From Candidatus Cryptobacteroides sp. (GTDB lineage Bacteria > Bacteroidota > Bacteroidia > Bacteroidales > UBA932), in NCBI GenBank assembly GCA_045635205.1, contig JAZRBS010000025.1:3279-67278 (forward strand): a stretch of DNA of 64,000 nucleotides, written 5' to 3'. Shown piece by piece: positions 1-12,658 of this stretch. The stretch's first letter is position 1. Every line of letters starts with the position of its first letter. A model generated the notes under the pieces. The model searched no databases. It worked only from the letters and a program-made list of their open reading frames with translations, and was not told the origin of the DNA. Both the position numbers and the translations under genes were made by a program.

Positions 1-2214
1 GTCAGTTATGTGTTCACAAGAGGTTCCGATCAATACTTCATATTTCCCTTTTTCAGCAACCCACGAATGTCTGACTGGATCAAAGAAGCGCAGATCATCT
101 TCCGAAATATGGAATTCGACAACTTGACTTTCGCCAGGCTCCAGCCACACCTTCTGAAAGCCTTTAAGTTCCTTTTCCGGACGAAGGACACTTGACTCAA
201 TATCTCTCAAGTACATCTGCACCGTTTCGGCTCCTCGGATATCTCCGATATTTGTAAGCGGCACCATAATCCTGATTCCCCCCTCTTTATTTGATTTCGC
301 TACAATATCTGCAGGCACAATCTCCTGTTTACTGCGCAGGGTTTCAGATGAAATTCTTGGCTCACCGAATTGGAACATAGTATAACTCAATCCATAACCG
401 AAAGGATAGGCCGTCGCTATATCATATCGATCCATCCACCTATATCCGATGAAGATGTCTTCCTCATAAATTACATCATCTTTATTTTCAGGATCATATA
501 TTCCTAGTGAGTGGGGAGGATAATCATTCAAGGACTCCGCTATGGTGAACGGCAGTTTTCCAGAAGGATTCACTGTACCAAACAGTACGTCTGATATTGC
601 GCTTCCATTTTCACTGCCCCCATACATTGCATAAACAACAGCCTTAGCCTTTTCCCTCCAAGGCATTGAAAAAGCGGTTCCACCATTAAGTACAATTACA
701 GTATTTTCATTTGCCTCGATCAAGGCGTTTATCAAGGTATCCTGCTGGAATGGTAGTTCATACCCGAGTCTGTCACGCCCTTCGCTATCCTGATATGACC
801 ATCTATTCATTCCGCCGACATATATGACAAGATCGGACTCTGCCGCCGCCTGTACTGCTTCCCTACGCAACTCATCAATATTATCCGGTTCATATCCTGG
901 CATATATGCCTGATAGCCACGCGAATACCTGATCCTGGCCTTGTCGCCGACATAGGTGCGGATTGCATCAAGAGTAAGCTCTTCCTTTGCCGGTTTGACT
1001 ATTGAAGAACCGCCGGCATTTGACAATGTACGTGTAGCATTATCGCCTACAACGAGAATATTTTCGTGCTTTTCTATATCTAAAGGAAGAATACCGCTGT
1101 TTTCCAAGAGTACGATTCCTTCCTGAGCAATCTTTCGGCAAGCCGCAAAATGCTCAGGCGAAACAAATGATCCATATACTCTGTCCGGAGCCATATTCGT
1201 CCTGAAAATCAGCCTCAGCACTCTACGAACCTTGTCGTCCAGTTCCTCAGTTCCTACAACACCTTCTTCGATCAGTTTTTTATATGGATCTGCCAGAAAG
1301 TAAGCATCGTATGGATTGTCGGATTCCATAGTCATACCATCTGTTCCTGTCCCGAATTCAAGATCAAGTCCATTCTTGATTGCCTGCATAGTTTCTTCTG
1401 TACCTCCCCAATCAGAAACAACTACACCATCAAATTCCCATTCTCCCTTTAAGATGTCGTTCAGAAGATATTCATTATGACAACAGAATTGACCTTTATA
1501 TCTGTTATATGATGCCATTACACTCCACACTCCTCCTTCCAGGACAGCAGCCTTGAATGCCGGAAGATATATTTCATAAAGTGCCCTGTCGCTTACAACG
1601 ACATTTATTTTGCTTCTGTTGGCCTCCTGATTATTCAAGGCAAAATGCTTGACACACGCTGCAACATTGCTTTGTTGCACACCCTTTATATAAGGTACCA
1701 CCATTTTGGAGGCAAGGTATGGATCCTCACCCATATATTCGAAATTACGACCGTTTAGGGGAGTCCTGAACATATTCACTCCTGGACCAAGAATGACATT
1801 CTTATTGCGATATCTGGCTTCTTCACCAAGTACCTTACCGTATAGGGCGGCAAGATCGGGATTCCAGGTAGCGGCAAGACAAGTGAGTGTTGGTAAGGCA
1901 GTACAAGCATCGTTGGTCCATCCTGCGCTTCCCCATTTATCCCACTGATTCTCCGGACGGACACCGAAAGGTCCGTCACTGAGCCAGTTTTCGGGTATGC
2001 CCAGCCTAGGAACTCCCTTTGAAGAAAATTTGGATTGGGCGTGTATAAGATCGATCTTTTCGTCCAAGGTCAGTCTTGACAATGCGTCCTCAACCCTATC
2101 TTCGATAGCAATTTCTTCATCAAGGTAAGGCGGTATTATCTTATCATTCTTACAGGATTGTAGTCCTGATTGCAACAGAATGATGAAAATGAGTTTAAAT
2201 ATATGCTTGGTCAT
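1..2214 (-). CDS. GH3 beta-glucosidase/xylosidase lipoprotein with C-terminal Fn3-like domain; 3' end runs off the window
   Basis: Translated by hand; absent from the ORF track because there is no stop in the window. It starts MTKHIFKLIFIILLQSGLQSC (lipobox) and carries GH3 motifs SDGPFGVR, GRNFEYMGEDP, CVKHF, VVSDW, NPSGKLP, YPFGYGLSY and RPEKELKGFQKV. Confidence 0.93.
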   Translation of the reverse strand, partial: MTKHIFKLIFIILLQSGLQSCKNDKIIPPYLDEEIAIEDRVEDALSRLTLDEKIDLIHAQSKFSSKGVPRLGIPENWLSDGPFGVRPENQWDKWGSAGWTNDACTALPTLTCLAATWNPDLAALYGKVLGEEARYRNKNVILGPGVNMFRTPLNGRNFEYMGEDPYLASKMVVPYIKGVQQSNVAACVKHFALNNQEANRSKINVVVSDRALYEIYLPAFKAAVLEGGVWSVMASYNRYKGQFCCHNEYLLNDILKGEWEFDGVVVSDWGGTEETMQAIKNGLDLEFGTGTDGMTMESDNPYDAYFLADPYKKLIEEGVVGTEELDDKVRRVLRLIFRTNMAPDRVYGSFVSPEHFAACRKIAQEGIVLLENSGILPLDIEKHENILVVGDNATRTLSNAGGSSIVKPAKEELTLDAIRTYVGDKARIRYSRGYQAYMPGYEPDNIDELRREAVQAAAESDLVIYVGGMNRWSYQDSEGRDRLGYELPFQQDTLINALIEANENTVIVLNGGTAFSMPWREKAKAVVYAMYGGSENGSAISDVLFGTVNPSGKLPFTIAESLNDYPPHSLGIYDPENKDDVIYEEDIFIGYRWMDRYDIATAYPFGYGLSYTMFQFGEPRISSETLRSKQEIVPADIVAKSNKEGGIRIMVPLTNIGDIRGAETVQMYLRDIESSVLRPEKELKGFQKVWLEPGESQVVEFHISEDDLRFFDPVRHSWVAEKGKYEVLIGTSCEHITD

Positions 2215-2262
2215 AGGTTATCTTATGCATTTTATTATTTATAGACAATCATTCTTAAAGTT

Positions 2263-5467
<3,205 letters not shown>

Positions 5468-5475
5468 TACTATTT

Positions 5476-6381
5476 ATGGACGCAAAGCAAATTTTGGTGA
5501 TTGGAAGCAGCAATACAGATATGACTGTATTGGCCGGTAAACTCCCAGCTCCGGGTGAAACTGTCCTCGGAGGAAAATTTATAATGGGGCAGGGAGGGAA
5601 AGGTGCCAATCAGGCAGTAGCAGCCAAACGGTTAGGCGGCAACGTTTCATTCATCTGCAAAGTTGGTAAAGATATCTTCGGTGAGAACTCACTTCGTGAG
5701 TATCGGAAAGAAGGTATTGACATTTCCAATGTAATGATTTCAGAACAGCCGTCGGGCGTAGCACTTATCTCTGTTGATACAGAGGCGGAGAATTGCATCG
5801 TCGTTGCATCAGGTGCCAATGCTGACATCACAGAGGCTGACATCGAGGCTAATAGAAAGCAGATTGAAGATGCTGCCATCCTTCTTCTTCAACTTGAGAT
5901 TCCTGTTGATGCTGTAGTAAAGGCTGCTAAGATTGGCCACGAGGCCGGAGTTTACGTTGTCCTGAATCCTGCTCCAGCCTGCGATCTTCCGGATGAAATA
6001 TACAAGTACCTTTCACTTATCATACCTAACCAGACAGAAATCGCTCTGATGACAGGTGTTGAGGCAAGAGATGAGGAAAGTGCTGCCAAGGCTGTAGAAG
6101 CCCTTAAGAATAAGGGGGGTCAGGATGTAATTGTGACTATGGGTTCCAAAGGTTCAATGGTATATCACAATGATAAACCGGTATTTGTCCCATCAAGAAA
6201 GGTCAATGCTGTTGATACTACCGCTGCCGGCGACACCTATTGCGGCGCTCTTTGCGTTGCTCTTTCTGAGGGTAAGGACATTGTTGCAGCGGCAGAATTC
6301 GCTACAGCTTCTTCCGCTCTCACAGTTCAAAAGAGAGGGGCACAGGATTCAATCCCGTACAGAAAGGATATTGTATTATAA
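5476..6381 (+). CDS. rbsK: Ribokinase (PfkB family)
   Basis: GSSNTDM, PGETVLG, GGKGANQAVAA, LLQLEIP, LNPAPA, PNQTE and DTTAAGDTY motifs. Confidence 0.95.
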   Translation: MDAKQILVIGSSNTDMTVLAGKLPAPGETVLGGKFIMGQGGKGANQAVAAKRLGGNVSFICKVGKDIFGENSLREYRKEGIDISNVMISEQPSGVALISVDTEAENCIVVASGANADITEADIEANRKQIEDAAILLLQLEIPVDAVVKAAKIGHEAGVYVVLNPAPACDLPDEIYKYLSLIIPNQTEIALMTGVEARDEESAAKAVEALKNKGGQDVIVTMGSKGSMVYHNDKPVFVPSRKVNAVDTTAAGDTYCGALCVALSEGKDIVAAAEFATASSALTVQKRGAQDSIPYRKDIVL

Positions 6382-6406
6382 GGAATTATATTAAATCCAC
6401 TACATT

Positions 6407-7417
6407 ATGTTTATTATCAACAACTATCTGCTTGCAGTTGTATTCTGCTTTATTACAATGATGTGCTGGGGCTCTTGGGGCAACACTCAGAAACTTGCAT
6501 CAAAGAACTGGAGATATGAACTTTTCTACTGGGACTATGTGATCGGTATGGTTCTTTTCTCTCTTCTGGTCTGCTTCACAATGGGAAGTATAGGTTCAGA
6601 GGGTCGTCCATTCCTTGAGGATATCGCACAAGTCAGTCCAAAGAATATCGGTAGCATCATCCTCGGTGGTGTCATCTTTAATGCCTCCAATATTCTTCTT
6701 TCAGCATCGACCTCAATCGCTGGCCTTGCGGTGGCTTTCCCTCTCGGAGTGGGCATCTCACTCGTTCTCGGAACAATCATCAACTATATCGGTGCGCCCA
6801 ACGGTGATCCTGTGTTCCTTTTCTTCGGTGTCGCTCTCATCGTTGTCGCGATCATCTGCAATGGTATCGCTTCGGGCAAGGCACAGCAGACAGACGCAGA
6901 ACAGAATAAAAACGGCAAGAAGGGTATCGTTCTCGCAACTATTGCCGGTACACTGATGGCATTCTTCTACAGATTTGTAGCAGCGGCTATGGACCTCAGT
7001 AATTTCGCTGCTCCGGCTGCAGGTATGGCAACTCCTTACACAGCGATCTTCATTTTCTCGCTTGGAGTCCTCCTGAGCAACTTCGTATTCAACACATTCG
7101 TGATGAAGAAGCCTTTCGTAGGAGTGCCTGTATCATATAAGGAGTATTTCAAAGGAAACTTCAAGACTCACCTCGTGGGTGTCCTCGGTGGTTCGATCTG
7201 GTGCCTCGGTACAGCGTTCAGTTACATCGCATCAGGTAAGGCAGGTGCAGCGATCTCATACGCCCTCGGTCAGGGCGCACCAATGATTGCAGCGATCTGG
7301 GGAGTGTTCATCTGGAAGGAATTCAAGGGTGCTAACAAGACTGTCTATAGTCTTATCAGCCTTATGTTCTTCTTCTTTATTGCCGGTCTTGCGTGTATCA
7401 TAATATCTGGCAACTAA
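6407..7417 (+). CDS. GRP/ureide-permease-like DMT sugar transporter, probably for ribose
   Basis: About 10 hydrophobic segments; CWGSW, WRYELFYWDY, AISYALGQGAPMIAAIWGVFIWKEF. Lies directly after rbsK. Confidence 0.85.
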   Translation: MFIINNYLLAVVFCFITMMCWGSWGNTQKLASKNWRYELFYWDYVIGMVLFSLLVCFTMGSIGSEGRPFLEDIAQVSPKNIGSIILGGVIFNASNILLSASTSIAGLAVAFPLGVGISLVLGTIINYIGAPNGDPVFLFFGVALIVVAIICNGIASGKAQQTDAEQNKNGKKGIVLATIAGTLMAFFYRFVAAAMDLSNFAAPAAGMATPYTAIFIFSLGVLLSNFVFNTFVMKKPFVGVPVSYKEYFKGNFKTHLVGVLGGSIWCLGTAFSYIASGKAGAAISYALGQGAPMIAAIWGVFIWKEFKGANKTVYSLISLMFFFFIAGLACIIISGN

Positions 7418-7546
7418 TCGGCAAGACTCTGAAAGAACTGGCAATTGAGCCTTGTCGGTAGATGAGGATATGTTCCGAACGATCACGCAACAGTGCCTTA
7501 CCTCCATCACGAGAGGCTGCGTCCAAAATAATGTCAATCTTGAGCC

Positions 7547-8224
7547 TTAGCGGGCATCCGTAGAATTCGAGTCGCTCCAGATGAAACGATAGTTTATCGA
7601 TTCGCCTCCATCCACAACGATGCACTGGCCGGTGCAGAACGAGTTTTCTATGGTGAGGAAAAATGCCCATCTGGCTATTTCTTCCGCTGTAGCCCATCGT
7701 TTCAGAGGGGTCTGCTCCATAATCTGTTGCCATAATTCAGGATCGTTGACCACGCAGTCATTCAGTGGGGTAAGCACTCCTCCCGGATCAAGGCTGTTGC
7801 AGGTTGCTCCATATTCGGCTACTCTCAATGCCACATTCTTCGTGTAGGCCATAACGCCTCCCTTGCTTGCACAGTATTCCGGAAATTCCGAGCCTGTATG
7901 TGCACTTGCAGACCCGATGTTGAGTATTGACTTTATATTTTTCTGGACTCCGTATTTTTCTGTAATGCGTATGAGAGCCTTCAGATTGATGTCAATGTCT
8001 TCTTCATTCTGCGTGCCTGCATTATTGATCAGGATATCCACATCTTCGATTTCCGGCAGGTTGTCGTAATCCCTGATATCACAGATGAAATGGACGTAAG
8101 ATTTATCCTTGATCGCAGACTGCTGCCTGTCGATTCCATAGACGCAGTGCCCCTTTTCGAGGAAATGCTCTGCGATTGCCTTACCTATTCCTTGAGATGT
8201 TCCTGTTATCAATACTTTCATCAT
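7547..8224 (-). CDS. Short-chain dehydrogenase/reductase (SDR)
   Basis: TGTSQGIG, LINNAG, YCASKG catalytic motif and TGQCIVVDGG. Confidence 0.93.
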   Translation of the reverse strand: MMKVLITGTSQGIGKAIAEHFLEKGHCVYGIDRQQSAIKDKSYVHFICDIRDYDNLPEIEDVDILINNAGTQNEEDIDINLKALIRITEKYGVQKNIKSILNIGSASAHTGSEFPEYCASKGGVMAYTKNVALRVAEYGATCNSLDPGGVLTPLNDCVVNDPELWQQIMEQTPLKRWATAEEIARWAFFLTIENSFCTGQCIVVDGGESINYRFIWSDSNSTDAR

Positions 8225-8321
8225 TTCTCAGCATCAAAATACCAAGGCAAAGTTAATCAAAATTGTAAAAAACATATAACTTTGTCAAAGGAAGGCTAAC
8301 CCTATCGCCCAATCCTTTTTT

Positions 8322-8441
8322 ATGAATATAGGACTATATACTTTAACTTCACCACTTCACGACCAGAAGTCTGTGGATGCAGTTTCCGCAGGTTTCATAG
8401 CGGAAATTGAAAGTGAACTCAACTTCAGATTCGACGTCTGA
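8322..8441 (+). pseudogene. 39-codon 5' fragment, possibly of an L-fucose-isomerase-like Bacteroidales protein
   Basis: MNIGLYTLTSPLHDQKSVDAVSAGFIAEIESELNFRFDV* follows a TAACTTTG promoter motif at 8277-8284. The family resemblance is from memory and was not searched. Confidence 0.45.
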
Positions 8442-8640
8442 TAATTATATATCCGTTCCCATTTTCTAAAATCTAGAATGCCATAATTGAGGCATCTTTC
8501 GCGACGAGTTTTTGCCATAAAAAATAACTTTGATATAACCGATTTGTCAAAGTTGTCGTATATTGTTGTAGTTTAGATAATTACAAGGGTTTTACCAACC
8601 GTTTTTGGCAATTGTACCTCTATTTTGCACTGTGTTTTTG

Positions 8641-8672
8641 AAAAAAGGAGGCAACCTCACGGCTGCCTCCTT
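8641..8672 (-). terminator. Intrinsic terminator after hicB
   Basis: Minus strand reads AAGGAGGCAGCC-GTGA-GGTTGCCTCCTTTTTT. Confidence 0.85.
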
Positions 8673-8688
8673 GATACTAAAGTTCTAA

Positions 8689-9087
8689 TTATAGAGAAAC
8701 CGAACTAAGTTCGGAACCTATACAATGGATGGCGTTAAGGATTTTCCTGACAGTTTTCTCGCCTGGGTATGCTGTACCACTCTTGTACTGTCGCATCTTA
8801 CTCTCATTGATTCCGGCATATTGGGCGAATTTGCTAGCGTTGATGAAGTCAAAGTCATTGAAGAATGAAGGAAGATCATACTGGAAACTGACAGTGTAAT
8901 CTTCTATGACTTCGAACCCTTCCGCTTTAGCATCAGCAAGGGCTTCCTGTACACTTTCGTTGAAATCTTCTTTGGCAATGGCTACGGACTCGCCGAACCC
9001 TCCGAAATAATTTCCTCCGAAGTGCTGTTCTGAACGAATGGAATACATCCCGTCAGATCCTTTTTCTATTATGGCTGTTATCTTCAT
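8689..9087 (-). CDS. hicB: HicB-family antitoxin with C-terminal HTH
   Basis: MKITAIIEKGSDGMYS...GFGESVAIAKEDF, FQYDLPSFF and INASKFAQYAGINESKMRQYKSG. ATG at 9087 is preferred to the TTG at 9093. Confidence 0.88.
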   Translation of the reverse strand: MKITAIIEKGSDGMYSIRSEQHFGGNYFGGFGESVAIAKEDFNESVQEALADAKAEGFEVIEDYTVSFQYDLPSFFNDFDFINASKFAQYAGINESKMRQYKSGTAYPGEKTVRKILNAIHCIGSELSSVSL

Positions 9088-9140
9088 AATCAAATATAAA
9101 GTTCTATGTCAATGATCCTGAGTTCAAGAAGGGGCAGGGA

Positions 9141-9323
9141 CTAAATCCCTGCCTGTTTCTTGATTGCCTGTAAGGTTCCGTTTGGAATCTCTTGGCCATC
9201 GTGCCGAGGAACTGCAAATTTGTTACCAGTGATAGGTGAATACCATTTTTCGTGGCGTCCCCCTTGAGTCAGCAGGTAGCATCCGTTCTGTCTCAGCAAC
9301 TTCTTAAACTCCGAGGTTCTCAT
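9141..9323 (-). CDS. hicA: HicA-family toxin (mRNA interferase)
   Basis: 60 aa, basic, with LRQNGCYLLTQGGRHEKW, VPRH and EIPNGTLQAIKKQAGI; lies upstream of hicB. Confidence 0.93.
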   Translation of the reverse strand: MRTSEFKKLLRQNGCYLLTQGGRHEKWYSPITGNKFAVPRHDGQEIPNGTLQAIKKQAGI

Positions 9324-9345
9324 ATATCATAGAACTTTAGTAATG

Positions 9346-9367
9346 CAAAAGTAGCGTTTTTGTTACT
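9346..9367 (-). promoter_or_regulatory. hicAB -7 promoter element with overlapping imperfect palindrome (candidate HicB operator)
   Basis: TACTTTTG on the minus strand at 9346-9353; AGTAGC-N6-GTTACT at 9350-9367. Confidence 0.6.
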
Positions 9368-9448
9368 AATCTCCAAGTTTATTTTGAAAAATTTGATATA
9401 ATTCAGGAAATTTGAATGGAATAGTACCGCCTTCTGAAGATTATTGAC

Positions 9449-10642
9449 TCATTCCATATCTTCCATAAATTTTTCCTGCTTGATATATGCTATGCTTTCC
9501 TCGACGAACTGGTATCCCTTGCTGCCGGGGCGGCCTTTCTTGAGGTATAGTTCGTAATACTTCAATGCATCGTCATATTCCTTCAGCCTTTCATAGCAGT
9601 AGCCTATGGATGATAGTGCGGATATATTCTTCGGGTTGTATCTATAACTAAGTTCGTAATATTTTATGGCGGTCCTGAAGTCTTCCGACTTGTGGAAGGA
9701 CATTGCCCGGCTTCCGTATATGTTGTGCATCATCACAGGATTCGGCTCGAGCATCTTCAGAGCCTTTGCATACAGCCGCTCCGTTTCATCGTTGCTACCA
9801 TATATTCGTCTGCTCTTGGTCTCTGCAAGTTGATATACGAGCATTACATCTGACGAGTCCAACTGATAGGCCTTTTCGAACTCCCTTTCTGCCTGGAGGA
9901 TATTGTCAAGCATAAAGTGATTCAGGCCAAGGTAATACCGCACACTGTAAGTGCTGTCTCCTAGACTCAGTTGTTTCTCGAAGACTTCCAGAGATGGCTT
10001 GTACTTCTTGTCCAGGTGAAGTGCAAGTCCGTGTATCGGAAGTACGGTCATATTGTCAGGTTCCGCTTCAAGGAAAGGTCCGGTCATTTTCAGTACTTCG
10101 TCATATTTCTTCGCAGCCAGAAGGATGTCGGCTTTCTTGCTTATAGTCTTCGCGTGATGCGGTTTTATCCGAAGGAATTCATTGTAATATACCAGGGCGG
10201 AATCAGCCTTGCCTGCGAGCCTGTAGGCGTCTGCGGTCATAGCAAGGATATCGGGGATCGTATCCCTTGCTGTGATGCCACGGCATACTGTGATGCATTC
10301 TTCGTATGCCTTTTCGCGGTAGAGAAGTCTGGCCTGGGCTATCTGGAAATATAGATTGTCAGGCTGCATAGTCGAAAGCATAACCCACCATCCGTATGCC
10401 TCTTCCGAATTGCCTGCCGAAGTATGGCATTCGGCCAGTTCAGTCAACACCTCCATATCAGAGGTGTTGCGCTGAAGTGCGGCCATAAGAGTATCTATTG
10501 CCTGGTCGGTCTTGCAGAGCCTCCGTAACTGTCTGGCGTTTTCCAGTGACTGGCGCACATCGAAACTGATGCTGTCCGTCTGGGCCCGCAACGGAATGCA
10601 TAGCAGTATATATAACGCTGTCAGGACAAAGATTCGTTTCAT
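9449..10642 (-). CDS. Exported TPR-repeat protein
   Basis: Signal peptide MKRIFVLTALYILLCIPLRA and repeated TPR patterns (AIKYYELSYRYNPKNISALSSIGYCYERL). Starts 2 nt after the upstream stop. Confidence 0.85.
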   Translation of the reverse strand: MKRIFVLTALYILLCIPLRAQTDSISFDVRQSLENARQLRRLCKTDQAIDTLMAALQRNTSDMEVLTELAECHTSAGNSEEAYGWWVMLSTMQPDNLYFQIAQARLLYREKAYEECITVCRGITARDTIPDILAMTADAYRLAGKADSALVYYNEFLRIKPHHAKTISKKADILLAAKKYDEVLKMTGPFLEAEPDNMTVLPIHGLALHLDKKYKPSLEVFEKQLSLGDSTYSVRYYLGLNHFMLDNILQAEREFEKAYQLDSSDVMLVYQLAETKSRRIYGSNDETERLYAKALKMLEPNPVMMHNIYGSRAMSFHKSEDFRTAIKYYELSYRYNPKNISALSSIGYCYERLKEYDDALKYYELYLKKGRPGSKGYQFVEESIAYIKQEKFMEDME

Positions 10643-10644
10643 AA

Positions 10645-12267
10645 TCACTGCGCGTCTTTCTCAGGCTTCTTAGTCTGGAAGATCACAGGGAAGGTGAAGG
10701 TTATAGGAACAGGTTTTCCGTTCTTCATTCCCGGGGTCCAGTCCGGTGACGAACTCACGACTCTAAGTGCTTCCTTGTCGAGATCTTCGTGTACACCCCT
10801 GAGTACCTTGACATCCGTAACCTTGCCGGTCTCGGTTACTGTGAATGTGAGGGTTACTCTTCCGCATATCCCTTCTTTCTTGCAGTTTTCCGGATAGTTC
10901 AGATTTTCATTGACCCACTTGCTGAATTCGTTGGCATCACCCCCGTTAAAACTCGGTTTTGTTTCCACAGACTGAAATGGAACCGCTTCTGTGTCAGGCT
11001 TCTTAGTCTGGAAGATTATAGGGAAGGTATATGTTATCGCGACAGGTTTTCCGTCCTTCATTCCTGGGGTCCAGTCCGGTGACGAACTTACGACTCTGAG
11101 TGCTTCCTTGTCGAGGTCTTCGTGTACGCCCCTGAGTACCTTGACATCCGTGACCTTGCCGGTCTCGCTTACTGTGAATGTGAGGGTTACTCTTCCGCAT
11201 ATTCCTTCTTTCTTGCAGTTTTCCGGATAGTTAAGATTTTCATTGACCCACTTGCTGAATTTGTTGGCATCGCCCCCGTTAAAACTCGGTTTTATATCCA
11301 CAAACTGGAATGGAACCACCTCAGACTGTAATGTGTCTGTTGAGGCCTTGTCTCCAGCGATGCTGAGGGCATCCGGATTACTGATGTTGCCTGCATTGGT
11401 CTTCTGTGCGCAGGAGCCCATTGCTACGATGAGGGCTGGTATGCAGAGGAAATAAGCCAGTCTCATCCATTTGTTCGTTTTGTTCTTGTGCATCATAGTG
11501 ATTCTGTTTTTAAGTTTCGAGTGATTGAAGCCGTTGGCCAATTGGAAGCGTTTAACTCCCACGGCTTTCTTCACCAGAAGCAGTTGATATTGAGTTGCAT
11601 CGATGCCTTTGTTGATTGTAAGTTCGTCCGCTTCATATTCGTGAAGCATCTTGAGTTCCGTCCTTGCTATCCACACAAGCGGATTGTACCATTGGATAAC
11701 GGTAGCCGGTATATATGCCATCAGATCCAATGAGTGCCTGCACTGCACGTGCATCTTCTCGTGAGTCAGTATGGACGGATTCTCCATCAGGTCCTTCCTG
11801 CTTATAACGATATGTCTGCCCCAACTGAATGACGGGATTTCCGCATCCACTATCCTGACTTCGGTGTCTCCTGCCTTTTCCGGCTTCACCGACCTGATGA
11901 GACGCCTCATTCTCAGATAGGATATGGCTGTAACCGTCAGGGATACGAGGCAGCCACCTAAGAATGTGATGCAGACTATCATCTTTCCCCAGTTTATCCC
12001 GTTGTCTTCACCTATCACGGCGGCTTCCAATGTCACTGTCTTTGTCGTGAGTGCATCCTCTATCATTGTCATAGGAGTAACGGATATGGTTTCAGCCGGC
12101 ATTTCGATTTTAATGAACGGTAGAATCAGGCATAGAATGGTTCCCGTCATAAAAGTGACGCGGTTCAGGCGGAAGAAAGTTGTCTTCCGCATCACGAGCA
12201 TATACATTGACAGGAATACAGTCATATATATGCTGCTCTTTATCATATATAGTATAAGTCCGTTCAT
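10645..12267 (-). CDS. BlaR1/M56-family metallopeptidase fused to two TonB C-terminal domains
   Basis: N-terminal TM helices, HEKMH zinc motif, WYNPLVW, HEYEADE and LKNRITMM, followed by two copies of YPENCKKEGICGRVTLTFTV...WTPGMK.GKPV. Confidence 0.93.
   Translation of the reverse strand: MNGLILYMIKSSIYMTVFLSMYMLVMRKTTFFRLNRVTFMTGTILCLILPFIKIEMPAETISVTPMTMIEDALTTKTVTLEAAVIGEDNGINWGKMIVCITFLGGCLVSLTVTAISYLRMRRLIRSVKPEKAGDTEVRIVDAEIPSFSWGRHIVISRKDLMENPSILTHEKMHVQCRHSLDLMAYIPATVIQWYNPLVWIARTELKMLHEYEADELTINKGIDATQYQLLLVKKAVGVKRFQLANGFNHSKLKNRITMMHKNKTNKWMRLAYFLCIPALIVAMGSCAQKTNAGNISNPDALSIAGDKASTDTLQSEVVPFQFVDIKPSFNGGDANKFSKWVNENLNYPENCKKEGICGRVTLTFTVSETGKVTDVKVLRGVHEDLDKEALRVVSSSPDWTPGMKDGKPVAITYTFPIIFQTKKPDTEAVPFQSVETKPSFNGGDANEFSKWVNENLNYPENCKKEGICGRVTLTFTVTETGKVTDVKVLRGVHEDLDKEALRVVSSSPDWTPGMKNGKPVPITFTFPVIFQTKKPEKDAQ
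10661..11317. repeat. Intragenic tandem duplication of the TonB domain (333-bp period)
   Basis: 10661-10984 and 10994-11317 are highly similar at the nucleotide level. Confidence 0.95.
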
Positions 12268-12274
12268 AATTATC

Positions 12275-12634
12275 TTATTTACGTCTCTTTTCGATTTCTG
12301 CTATAAGTGCCTTCAATTCGTCCAGATCCATCTTTTCCTCTTCTACGAACTGCGATACCACACTTGCGTATGAATTGTTGTAATACTGCCGAACGACATT
12401 GCCGATCGTATCGCCGCTGTATTCCTTCTCCGTGCGGGCAGGTACATATATGAATGTGTTTGCGACAGGTCTTCGTGTCAGAAAACCCTTGTCTTCAAGA
12501 AACTTGACCTGGGTGGCCACAGTGTTGTAGTTCGGTTTCGGTTCCGGCATATATTTCAGTATGTCTCTGATGAACATCTCTCCGTGCTCCCAGAAGATCT
12601 TCATTATCTCTTCTTCCTTTATTGTTAGTTTCAT
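12275..12634 (-). CDS. BlaI/MecI/CopY-family repressor
   Basis: MKLTIKEEEIMKIFW, PKPNYNTVATQVKFLEDKGF and YYNNSYASVVSQFV. ATG at 12634 is preferred. Confidence 0.93.
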   Translation of the reverse strand: MKLTIKEEEIMKIFWEHGEMFIRDILKYMPEPKPNYNTVATQVKFLEDKGFLTRRPVANTFIYVPARTEKEYSGDTIGNVVRQYYNNSYASVVSQFVEEEKMDLDELKALIAEIEKRRK

Positions 12635-12658
12635 AACGTCTGAATTTATTTTACAATG

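Larger units (their letters stand above)
8675..9342. repeat. 13-bp perfect inverted repeats bracketing hicAB, plus a third partial copy between the genes
   Basis: TACTAAAGTTCTA at 8675-8687 pairs with TAGAACTTTAGTA at 9330-9342. TAAAGTTCTATG at 9097-9108 is the reverse complement of 9328-9339. Confidence 0.85.

Noticed and set aside
1-2214. Apparent absence of a long ORF, suggesting a pseudogene
   Set aside because: Manual translation shows an intact GH3 frame running off the window edge.
7418-7548. TTGAGCCTT direct repeat (7445 and 7540) around protein-like intergenic sequence
   Set aside because: It could be a scar, but there are no terminal inverted repeats and no identifiable product, so it is too weak to call.
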